Assembly: GCA_045633025.1 (NCBI GenBank)
Contig: JAZQXS010000349.1
Coordinates: forward strand, 1-33,314
Length of the DNA: 33,314 nucleotides
Direction of reading: 5' to 3'
DNA from: Eubacteriales bacterium
GTDB lineage: Bacteria > Bacillota > Clostridia > Oscillospirales > CAG-272
Positions 8,495 through 16,615 of the stretch are shown here, one piece after another (positions within the stretch are counted from its first letter, which is position 1; each line of letters opens with the position of its first letter). The notes under the pieces are model-generated. The model did no database searches, was not told the origin of the DNA, and was given only the letters and a program-made list of their open reading frames with translations. The position numbers were made by a program, and so were the translations under genes.

Positions 8495-9451
8495 TTACGG
8501 AGCGGGTTGGATCTTATCGTCAGCCTTTTTTCGCATGGGAATCTGGATCTGGGAGAGGACGATGCCGGCAAAAATGATGAGACAGCCAACGTAGCCGATG
8601 GGACGAAGCTCCTGGCTGACGTGGAGGCGGGGGGGCGTGATGAGATTCCACAGAAGACCGCCGATGGCGGCAAAGACCGACTCGGTGGAGAACACGATCG
8701 CGGCGAAGGTGGGGGGCATACGCTTTTGCGCGAACACCTGAAGGGTGTAAGCCACGCCCACCGAGAGGATGCCACAGAACAGGATTGCCCATTTGGCCGA
8801 CCAAACGCCGCTCCAGGTGATGTCCTCAAAGATCACGCCGGCGAGGAGTCCCAACGCTCCGCTGACGAAAAACTGCCAGGAGGAGAAGCGAAGGGGGCTT
8901 ATGCGGTCAATAAAATGATCCACCAGCAGAATATGCCCTGCCCAGAAGAAGGCGCCAAGCAGCAGCACCAGCTCGCCCACGCCGAAGGAGAGTCCTTCCC
9001 CCTCGCGGATGCAGAGCAGGTAGAGCCCCACGGTGGCCAGAATGCAACCCAGCCAGATATTCCAGCCCGACTTCTTGCGGAAGATGAGGAAGTAGAACAC
9101 AGGGGTCAGCACGGTATACAGACCCGTGATGAAGCCCCCTTTTCCGGGGTCGCGGGTGATGGTGGCGCCGAACTGTTGGAGGGCGGCGGCGATGAACAGG
9201 CAGGAGCCGGCGCACAGGGCGGGGAGCGCGGTGGCTCTATGGCGGGCTTTGCGCTGAACGGGGGTCAGGTCATGCTCTTTTTCAAAAAGGCTGTACACGG
9301 GGATCAGGGAAACGGCGCCCAGCATGAATCGGATCCCGTTGAAGGTAAAGGGTTCAACGTGATCGCTTCCCAGGACCTGCGCCACGAAGGCGAAGCCCCA
9401 GATCATGGAGGTGGCAAAGAGCATGGCGGCGGACAGGATTCTTGTTTTCAT
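8495..9451 (-). CDS. DMT/EamA-family transporter
   Basis: About 10 hydrophobic segments; IWGFAFVAQ, FITGLY.V..P and AYTLQV.AQK.....AAIVFS.ESVF motifs. Confidence 0.9.
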   Translation of the reverse strand: MKTRILSAAMLFATSMIWGFAFVAQVLGSDHVEPFTFNGIRFMLGAVSLIPVYSLFEKEHDLTPVQRKARHRATALPALCAGSCLFIAAALQQFGATITRDPGKGGFITGLYTVLTPVFYFLIFRKKSGWNIWLGCILATVGLYLLCIREGEGLSFGVGELVLLLGAFFWAGHILLVDHFIDRISPLRFSSWQFFVSGALGLLAGVIFEDITWSGVWSAKWAILFCGILSVGVAYTLQVFAQKRMPPTFAAIVFSTESVFAAIGGLLWNLITPPRLHVSQELRPIGYVGCLIIFAGIVLSQIQIPMRKKADDKIQPAP

Positions 9452-9465
9452 GGTTGGTTCCTTTG

Positions 9466-10245
9466 TTACTCCTTCGCCTCAAAACCGGCGATCGCCTTGA
9501 AGAATGCCATATCGTCGCCGTAAAGCTCGGCGTCACGGCCGCGTCCGGCCAGAGTGGGACGGTGGAGGCAGAGGATGGCGGTGTCGGGGATGGCCTGGGC
9601 GGCGGGGTTGTACTTGTAGAAATCGGTTTCGGAGAGCTGGATGCCGAAGCCGTCGGTCATGGCGCCTGCGGGGAGATCCCCGTCGGGGTAGACCTCGGCG
9701 AGGGGCTTGAGACGGTCGGCGGTCATCAGAAGGTTGTAGAGATACGGACTGATGATGTAGACGGAGGTTTCTCCGGTCAGGGTGAAGCTGTTGAAATTGT
9801 TGTATTCATCCTGATTGTATTTTTTGTTGATCTGGAATACCTCGTCCTGCTCCGCGTAGTGAGCCACGTCGGACTCGTATTCCTCGTCGGAATAGTACTG
9901 GTAAACCACCAGATTGACCCTGTTCTCCCCGTCTTCGTTGAAGTCCTCGGGGCAGATGTGATCCAGCAGAGCCTCAAAATCCGCCCGTTCCTCGTTATTC
10001 ATGCGGTAATGGGTGGCGTAGACCAGCGAGGTATCGTACCTCGGCCGGCCGATGAACTGAACGAGGCAGATAATGCCGATGGTTATGAAAAAGACAACGA
10101 TGATGAAGGTCCACTTGTAGTGGTACCAGAAATTATCCAGCCAGCGCAGCAGCGGGCTGGCGGCAACTACGTCGCCGGCCTCCAGCTTATCGGGATCCTG
10201 AGGGAGGTTTTGTTCTTCTTGATCTTGGTAATGATATGCAGACAT
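9466..10245 (-). CDS. Membrane-anchored hypothetical protein (NFWYHYKW-TM type)
   Basis: WLDNFWYHYKW followed by one TM helix and an acidic domain with DFNEDG. Start reassigned to ATG 10245 (AAGGA SD). Confidence 0.75.
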   Translation of the reverse strand: MSAYHYQDQEEQNLPQDPDKLEAGDVVAASPLLRWLDNFWYHYKWTFIIVVFFITIGIICLVQFIGRPRYDTSLVYATHYRMNNEERADFEALLDHICPEDFNEDGENRVNLVVYQYYSDEEYESDVAHYAEQDEVFQINKKYNQDEYNNFNSFTLTGETSVYIISPYLYNLLMTADRLKPLAEVYPDGDLPAGAMTDGFGIQLSETDFYKYNPAAQAIPDTAILCLHRPTLAGRGRDAELYGDDMAFFKAIAGFEAKE

Positions 10246-10388
10246 AGCCGATACATCCTTTCGCGCACGCTTTTGAAGCCGTGCGATAATGCCTGAAATA
10301 CGGAAGGGGAAAGCCGCCGTGACCTTGGAATGTCGGCAGAACCGACCGTTCCGAAGCTGTCCGGGGCTTTCCCTTTTTTGAGCTTGGA

Positions 10389-10877
10389 TCAATGAGCGGC
10401 GCGGGTGACCTCCAGGATCTGGAAGTGCAGCTCGCCGGCGGGAGCGGTTACGACGACCTTCTCGCCCGCGCGCTTACCCATGAGGGCGCGGCCGATGGGG
10501 GACTGATCGGAGATCTTCTGCTCCAGAGGATCGGCCTGGTTGGAGCCGACGATGCTGTACGTGATTTCCTCGTCATAGTCCTCGTCCAGGAGCTTGACCA
10601 CAGAGCCCAAGCTGATGGAGCGGACGTCCATGGTGCTCTCGTCGATGATCTCGGCGTTCTCAATGAGGGATTCCAGCTCCAGAATACGCGCCTCGACCTT
10701 GGCCTGTTCGTTTCTGGCCTCGTCGTACTCGGCGTTCTCGGAAAGGTCGCCGAAGCCGCGGGCAACCGCGATCTGCTCCTTGATCTCTTCACGTCTGGTC
10801 AGCTTTAAGTATTTGAGCTCGTCAACCAGATCCTGGTAGCCCTGCTTGGTATATTTCTGCTTCATGTTCTCTGCCAT
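10389..10877 (-). CDS. greA: Transcription elongation factor GreA
   Basis: GDLSENAEYDEA and IS..SPIGRAL motifs; AAGGAGG SD. Confidence 0.96.
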   Translation of the reverse strand: MAENMKQKYTKQGYQDLVDELKYLKLTRREEIKEQIAVARGFGDLSENAEYDEARNEQAKVEARILELESLIENAEIIDESTMDVRSISLGSVVKLLDEDYDEEITYSIVGSNQADPLEQKISDQSPIGRALMGKRAGEKVVVTAPAGELHFQILEVTRAAH

Positions 10878-10970
10878 GGTATTGGCCTCCTTATGTGCTT
10901 TGATATGGATTCGGGAAATACCCGAAAACGACCCGCCGGAGCGAGCGCAATGCCCGCTCCGATGTGGGGA

Positions 10971-12329
10971 TTATTTCATGGTTGCAACCGCCTCGGAGAG
11001 CTGGTTGTCCAGTTCATCGGGCAACAGGTTGATGTTGTAGGTCTTGGCCTCGTCGGACAACTCCACGACCACGTGGGGGGTAATGCCGATCCCGTCATAC
11101 CCCTCCCCACAGGGCGGGAAATAGTAGGCGGTGGTCAGCTTGAGCGCGCCGTCGTAGCCATAGCGGGCGAGGGAGTAGGTGGTCTGCATGGAGCCCTTGC
11201 CGTAGGTGGTGACACCCACGATCTGCCCCAATTCATAGTCCCGGATATTGGCGGTAAAGAGCTCGGCGGCAGAGGCGGAGTAATTGTTGACGATCAGCGC
11301 CAAATTCAGATCGCGGTACTTGCCCACGTCCGCGCGGGTCAGGGTTCCCGAACCGCAGGTGACAGCGCCGTCGGCGTTGACCGTGATTTTGGTGACGGAC
11401 TCGATCCCTCGGGAATCCTTGGTGGAGATCACGGTGTCGCCCTCCTCCAAAAAGAGGGTCAGCACGTCGACCACCGAAGTCAGAAGGCCGCCGGGATTGT
11501 TCCGCAGGTCGAACACGAAGTACTGACAGCCCTGCGTCTTGAGCGATTCGATGGCATCGACCAGTTGTCCGAGGGTCGTATTGTCAAAACCGGTGATCTT
11601 AACAATGCCTACGGAGGGATCCTCAGCGTGAACGCGTCCGATGACGGATTGGGTGGTGATCTTTTGTCGGGTCGCAGTGATCTCTACCTCGGTATATTCT
11701 GCGTTGGGATCGCCCTGTGTGGGGCGATAGACCGTGAAGGTACATGCAGTTCCCTCCTCACCGCGCAGACGGTTGAGTGCTTCGGTGTAGCCGATGGTCT
11801 GGAGCAGAATTCGCTCCTCGCCGGCACCCACGAACATGATGTGGTCGCCGGGAAGCACGCCCGCGGCCTCGGCGGGGGAATCGGGATAGACGTTTGCCAC
11901 GGTAATGACCTGATAGGAAATGCCGTTGATGGTCAAAAGATCGTTGACCACGCTGATGCCGATACCGCACATTTCGCCGTTTTGAGAGTTGGTCTGCTCG
12001 GCGAATTCCTCGGCGGTGAAGTACTCGGCGTAGTAATCTCCGGTGGCGGCTACATAGCCTTTGAGTACAGAGGCGACGAGGGCGTCATTGTCCAACTCAT
12101 CCATGACCGTGAGGGAGCGGAACAGGCGATCTACCACATCCAGCTCGGCAAACGCATCCTCCTTCACGCTTCCCTGCCCTGTCTGAAGGGAGTCAGGCAG
12201 CTCACGGAGCATGTAGGAGCGAGTCAGAGAGAAGGTTAGAAGAACAGCCAGCACCACGGCGGTGATCACAGTGGATACCGCGGCGGTCAGACCGACCTTT
12301 CGCCCCTCTCGGGGAGGAGGCGCGCTCAC
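10971..12329 (-). CDS. S41-family C-terminal processing protease (CtpA-like; TM + PDZ + S41), probably the 3' part of a frameshifted gene 10971-12652
   Basis: GIGI PDZ, DLRNNPGG, SASAAE (catalytic Ser), TYGKG (catalytic Lys) and GITP motifs. The GTG start has no SD. Confidence 0.88.
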   Translation of the reverse strand: MSAPPPREGRKVGLTAAVSTVITAVVLAVLLTFSLTRSYMLRELPDSLQTGQGSVKEDAFAELDVVDRLFRSLTVMDELDNDALVASVLKGYVAATGDYYAEYFTAEEFAEQTNSQNGEMCGIGISVVNDLLTINGISYQVITVANVYPDSPAEAAGVLPGDHIMFVGAGEERILLQTIGYTEALNRLRGEEGTACTFTVYRPTQGDPNAEYTEVEITATRQKITTQSVIGRVHAEDPSVGIVKITGFDNTTLGQLVDAIESLKTQGCQYFVFDLRNNPGGLLTSVVDVLTLFLEEGDTVISTKDSRGIESVTKITVNADGAVTCGSGTLTRADVGKYRDLNLALIVNNYSASAAELFTANIRDYELGQIVGVTTYGKGSMQTTYSLARYGYDGALKLTTAYYFPPCGEGYDGIGITPHVVVELSDEAKTYNINLLPDELDNQLSEAVATMK

Positions 12330-12652
12330 GTAGCGGCGCGGCGCGGACGTCTCATCCGGTGTCTGCGCTGTATCCCCTCCGGCGCGTTCGGCGGAGCGGT
12401 GGAGGGATCCGCTTCGGCAACCGATTGCGACGGCAGACAGATCTCAAGGCCTTTGGCGCTCATAATGTGGGAAAGCGTTCTTTCCAGCTCGCTGTCGGGG
12501 AGCGTTTCCGTTGCCAGAATCAGCTCGGCTGAGTCTTCGGCGAGCGTGATACGGACGCTTTGAACGGCGGGGATGCTTTCGCAGGAGGCCGTTATGGCGG
12601 GGATCATGGCTTCTGTGACCATGCCCCGGATGTTATAGGTAACGTATTTCAT
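12326..12652 (-). CDS. HMA/ferredoxin-like small domain; probable N-terminal part of the S41 protease gene (frameshift near 12374-12377)
   Basis: MKYVTYNIRGMVTEAMIPAITASCESIPAVQSVRITL resembles the HMA pattern but lacks CxxC. The alternative frame after the G4 run reads DTAQTPDETSAPRRYVSAPPP directly into the protease. Confidence 0.55.
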   Translation of the reverse strand: MKYVTYNIRGMVTEAMIPAITASCESIPAVQSVRITLAEDSAELILATETLPDSELERTLSHIMSAKGLEICLPSQSVAEADPSTAPPNAPEGIQRRHRMRRPRRAAT

Positions 12653-12768
12653 TCTTGGTATTGATCCTCTTTTGCGCAGGGGTACGGACAACGCGGCGGT
12701 TGTATCCGTAGTGTATGTCCAAAACCGTTCGTTTTATTCACGGGAGCCTGCGCGATGGAGCGAAGGGA

Positions 12769-13854
12769 TTAGTACTTGCCGGGCTTGGAGCCGAGATACT
12801 TCTTGACCATGAGCGCGACCTTGAAGGTGATGGCGTGCTCAAACTCACGGAGATCCAGACCGGTCAGCTTGCGGATCTTCTCCAGACGGTACACCAGCGT
12901 GTTGCGGTGGACGAAGAGCTTACGGGAGGTTTCGGAGACGTTGAGGTTGTTCTCAAAGAAGCACTGGATGGTCATGAGGGTCTCGCGATCCAGGGACTCC
13001 AGGCTACCCTTCTTGAATACTTCCTGCAAGAACATCTCGCAGAGGGTGGTGGGAAGCTGGTAGATCAGACGGCCGATGCCCAGATTCTCGTAGCTGACCA
13101 CGCTCTTCTCGGTCTCAAATACCTTGCCGACGTCCAGCGCGATCTGCGCCTCTTTGTAGGCTCTGGCCAGATCCTTGATGTTTTCCACGATGGTCGAGAT
13201 ACCGATGGAGACCTTGGTATAGAACTCGGAGGACATGGTATCCACGATGTTGGTGGCAATCTTCTCCATGTCGCGGTTCTCGGAACCGGCCTTAACCTCC
13301 TTGACCAGAACGATATCGTGCTCACCGACGCTGATGACGTAGTCACGAGCCTTGTCGGGGAACATGTTCTGGTGCATCTCGAAGGGCATCATATCGGTCT
13401 TGCCCGTGAACTTGACCAGGAATACCACGCGGGGTTCCTCGGCGTTGAAATGCAGCTCCTTGGACTTGATATAGATATCGGAGGGCAGAATGTTGTCCAG
13501 GATGATGTTCTTAATGAAGGAGCCCTTATCGTACTTTTCGTCATACAGGTTCTTGATGTTGCCCAGGGCAACGCAGAGCAGACGGGAGGTCTTATCGGCC
13601 TCGCTGTCGTCACCCTCGACGAAAACGATATACTCGCGCTTGGCGCCGCCGGCCAGGGGACGGTAGGTGTAGCCGCCGGAGACCACCACGTCGGTGGTAT
13701 AGGCCAGCTCCTCACGGATGACCTGGCAAACCTCACCGATCTTGACGAGCTCGGAGCAGGCGATGATCACGCCTGTCTCGTCGATAACGCCGATGGTGCG
13801 GTCAACTGCGTCCTTCATTTGATGGATCACGCTTTGGAACAGTCTGTTAGACAT
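12769..13854 (-). CDS. CdaR/PucR-family transcriptional regulator
   Basis: C-terminal FFENNLNVSETSRKLFVHRNTLVYRLEKIRKLTGLDL HTH_30; GGDEF-like middle domain. Confidence 0.92.
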   Translation of the reverse strand: MSNRLFQSVIHQMKDAVDRTIGVIDETGVIIACSELVKIGEVCQVIREELAYTTDVVVSGGYTYRPLAGGAKREYIVFVEGDDSEADKTSRLLCVALGNIKNLYDEKYDKGSFIKNIILDNILPSDIYIKSKELHFNAEEPRVVFLVKFTGKTDMMPFEMHQNMFPDKARDYVISVGEHDIVLVKEVKAGSENRDMEKIATNIVDTMSSEFYTKVSIGISTIVENIKDLARAYKEAQIALDVGKVFETEKSVVSYENLGIGRLIYQLPTTLCEMFLQEVFKKGSLESLDRETLMTIQCFFENNLNVSETSRKLFVHRNTLVYRLEKIRKLTGLDLREFEHAITFKVALMVKKYLGSKPGKY

Positions 13855-13960
13855 AGACTTTTACCTCTCTTTGTTTATTACTTATCATGAAATATATTCA
13901 TCCGCCGCGCGGAAGCAGGTACATAGGGAGATGGGGGCTATGGGGTTCAGCGATCAGGTT

Positions 13961-14722
13961 TCAAAGCTCAAGGGCATAGATGAGACAGCTCAGAACAAAG
14001 CCTGAGGCAGTCTCGGTGCGCAGGATTCGTTTGCCGAGCCCTGTCATGGCGGCGCCCTGCTCGCGGGCTGCCTCTGCTTCGGCCGGGGAGAAGCCTCCCT
14101 CGCTGCCGACGAAAATGGCGATCTCGGGCGCCCGGCCGTTCTGCTCGGCGGCCTCCAACAGGGGGCGCGCGCGGTTCAGGACAGCGGGGAGCGGGGTGAC
14201 CTCATCGCCCTCGTAGCAGAAGAGAATGAGATCGGCGGCGCGGGCGGAGTCCAGCGCTTCGGCATAGGTAACGGTCGGTTTCACGAGAGGAATGATTCCT
14301 CGGCCGCATTGCTTGGCGGCCTCTTCTGCGATGCGCTGGCGCCGCTCGGTCTTGCGCGTCTCAGCCTCGGGCTTGGCGCGGACGATGCAACGGCTGCTCT
14401 CAAAGGGGATCACCTCGGTAACACCGCACTCCACCGCCTTTTGGATCACCGTATCCAGCTTATCCCCCTTGGGGAGCGCCTGGTAGAGACGGGCGGCGAA
14501 GGGGGGCTCGGTGTCGATGGGGGAGGAGGAGAGGATGCGGGCGGTGGCGGTATCGCTGTCAAAGGAGACCATCTCGCAGAGATAGGCTGTCTGCTGGTCG
14601 CAGACCTTAATGCGGTCTCCCGGCGCCAGACGCAACGAGTAAGCGGCGTGGCGGGCATTTTCCCCTGTCAGGACGATCTTGTCCTCTGTGACGGCGGACG
14701 GCTCCACAAAAAAACGCGGCAT
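13961..14722 (-). CDS. rsmE: 16S rRNA m3U1498 methyltransferase
   Basis: MPRFF, QKAVECGV, EAAKQCGR, GSEGGFS and LGKRILRTETA motifs. Confidence 0.94.
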   Translation of the reverse strand: MPRFFVEPSAVTEDKIVLTGENARHAAYSLRLAPGDRIKVCDQQTAYLCEMVSFDSDTATARILSSSPIDTEPPFAARLYQALPKGDKLDTVIQKAVECGVTEVIPFESSRCIVRAKPEAETRKTERRQRIAEEAAKQCGRGIIPLVKPTVTYAEALDSARAADLILFCYEGDEVTPLPAVLNRARPLLEAAEQNGRAPEIAIFVGSEGGFSPAEAEAAREQGAAMTGLGKRILRTETASGFVLSCLIYALEL

Positions 14723-14751
14723 ACGGCACCCCTTCCTTCCGGCTTTTGGAT

Positions 14752-14792
14752 AGAAAACCCGATTCGCCAGTCAAGGGACTGACCAAATCGGG
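14752..14792 (-). terminator. Terminator-like hairpin inside the rsmE leader
   Basis: CCCGAUUUGGUCAGUC-CCUU-GACUGGCGAAUCGGG followed by UUUUCU. Confidence 0.45.
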
Positions 14793-14867
14793 AAAAATTC
14801 GGTCAAATTGACGGCGATTTCGTTCGCCGTGACAATTCACAAAGATTTTGGCAATGTGCATATCAAT

Positions 14868-14896
14868 AATATACCACACAATCACCAATTTGTCAA
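14868..14896 (-). promoter_or_regulatory. Sigma-A promoter upstream of rsmE with a ~140-nt leader
   Basis: TTGACA-17-TATATT with a TG extended -10. Confidence 0.7.
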
Positions 14897-15052
14897 CACT
14901 TATTTTGTGATTTTACGCAGAAAAGGCGTCATTATTTACAATTTCTTCTTATTTTGTCTCGAAAAGCGGGGACAAAGTTTCCAAAACGGTATAAAGACGA
15001 TTGCACGAAACGTGTTTATCGGATGTGCAATTTGCATGGAATCGATTTTGCA

Positions 15053-16330
15053 TCATTCGTTTGGGTTCTTTTTCGGCGGGTACGAACGGTTTCCGGGTCT
15101 TCCGGCGCCATCTTTTTTCTCAAAGGGCTTGGCATCACGACGCTCCGGTCTGCGGTCGGGCTTGCGGTCAAAGATCTCCTTGGCGGTTCTCTGCCCTTCG
15201 GTGCGCGCCTCGGCGGGCTTGAAGTATTCGTAGAGGTAGCACGGAAGCATACCGTTATACAGCTTTTTGACCTTATCCGCCCGCTGGCCGTACAGGCGAT
15301 CGAAGCGGTCGCAGGAGGTGAGGACGTAGATCTGCCAGGGGTAGAGCGCCTTGAAGGAGCCGCCAAGCTGTTGGTACAGCCGCTCGATCTCCTCCCGTTC
15401 GCCCATACGCTCTCCGTAGGGAGGATTGCAGACGACGGTTCCCTTTCGATCCTCCCGCTTGATTCTGCGGGCGTCGGCTTGAAAGATATTGAGGTACTCC
15501 TCTACCCCTGCGCGCAGGGCGTTTTCGTAGGTGATATCCAGAATATCCTCGTCGATGTCCGAAGCGTAGACCTCGAATTTGCAATCGGTGCGGATGCGCG
15601 CGGAGGCTTCCTCTCTGGCCTGCGCCCACAGGGGGGAGGGGATATTGGCGAAGCTCTCCCCCGCGAAGGAGCGTCCCAGACCGGGCGCCCGTCCGCTGAC
15701 GATCATAGCGGCCTCAATGGCGATGGTGCCCGAGCCGCAGAAGGGATCCCAGAACAGGATATCCTCGCGGGGGCGGGCGGTGAGCGCCAGCGCGGCGGCC
15801 AGCGTTTCACGCAGGGGGGCGGCGCCTGCCTCGGGGCGGTACCCGCGCTTGTGGAGGGCGACACCCGAGGTGTCTAGCATGAGGGTGGCCACGTCCTTGA
15901 AAATGAAGAATTCGATCTGGTATTTCACTCCGGTCTCCTCGAACCAGGAAATACCGTATTTGTCCTTCAACCGCTCCACAACGGCTTTCTTGACGATGCT
16001 TTGGCAATCGGGGAGGGAGGTCAGGGCGCTCTTGATGGAGTGTCCCTTCACGGGGAAGGCATCCGTGCGTCCGATCCAATCCTCCCACGGTAGGGCGCGG
16101 ACGCCGTCGAAAAGCTCTGCAAAGCTGGCGGCGGGAAAACGGCCGATGCGAACGAATACCCGCTCGGCGCACCGCAGGGCGATATTGGCGCGGGGGATAT
16201 CGCGCGCCTCTCCCTCAAAGGTGACGCGGCCATCCATGGTGTCCAGGCGCTTGAGACCCAAGGCATCGATCTCTTCGCCGAGGAGCTTCTCCAAGCCGAA
16301 CATGCAGGTGGCAACCAAGGTTAGTTTCAT
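15053..16330 (-). CDS. THUMP-domain class I SAM-dependent RNA methyltransferase (RlmL/YpsC-like)
   Basis: GLE, LHKRGYR, APLRETLAAA, DPFCGSGTI and NPPYG motifs. Confidence 0.9.
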   Translation of the reverse strand: MKLTLVATCMFGLEKLLGEEIDALGLKRLDTMDGRVTFEGEARDIPRANIALRCAERVFVRIGRFPAASFAELFDGVRALPWEDWIGRTDAFPVKGHSIKSALTSLPDCQSIVKKAVVERLKDKYGISWFEETGVKYQIEFFIFKDVATLMLDTSGVALHKRGYRPEAGAAPLRETLAAALALTARPREDILFWDPFCGSGTIAIEAAMIVSGRAPGLGRSFAGESFANIPSPLWAQAREEASARIRTDCKFEVYASDIDEDILDITYENALRAGVEEYLNIFQADARRIKREDRKGTVVCNPPYGERMGEREEIERLYQQLGGSFKALYPWQIYVLTSCDRFDRLYGQRADKVKKLYNGMLPCYLYEYFKPAEARTEGQRTAKEIFDRKPDRRPERRDAKPFEKKDGAGRPGNRSYPPKKNPNE

Positions 16331-16360
16331 AGGATCATCCTTTCATGAGTCGTGATGCAA

Positions 16361-16445
16361 AGATACAGAGATACAAGATACGGAGATACAAGATTTTTCT
16401 GTGCGTAGTCATATCTTGTATCTGAATATCTTGTATCTTGTATCT
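16361..16445. repeat. Short AGATAC(A) tandem repeats in inverted arrangement
   Basis: AGATAC at 16361, 16369, 16376 and 16384; inverted GTATCT at 16418, 16433 and 16440. Confidence 0.85.
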
Positions 16446-16447
16446 TT

Positions 16448-16610
16448 AGGGAGTCTCTAAATATTCAGCGTGCGGAGAGCGACGAGAAGATTTTTTGTCA
16501 GATGAAACAAAAATCCGCACGCGTAGTTGATCCTACGCGAAGGTTTTTTGTGAAGTATGACGGATAAGATTCCGTCGATTCTTCGTGCGATGAATTTTTA
16601 GAGGCTCCCT
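16448..16610. mobile_element. MITE-like palindromic element family A, copy 2 (inverted relative to copy 1; flanked by TT...TT)
   Basis: TIR AGGGAGTCTCTAAATATTCA ... TGAATTTTTAGAGGCTCCCT; ~86% identical to 8211-8373. Confidence 0.82.
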
Positions 16611-16615
16611 TTAAT

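Noticed and set aside
8077-8594. Small ORFs 8077-8406 (-) and 8385-8594 (+), and 32488-32907 (-)
   Set aside because: They run through the MITE-like repeats or overlap real genes out of frame, with no transposase similarity.
16361-16445. Short repeat arrays (also 7015-7068 and 21724-21918) as CRISPR
   Set aside because: The units are too short or directly tandem, with no unique spacers and no cas genes.
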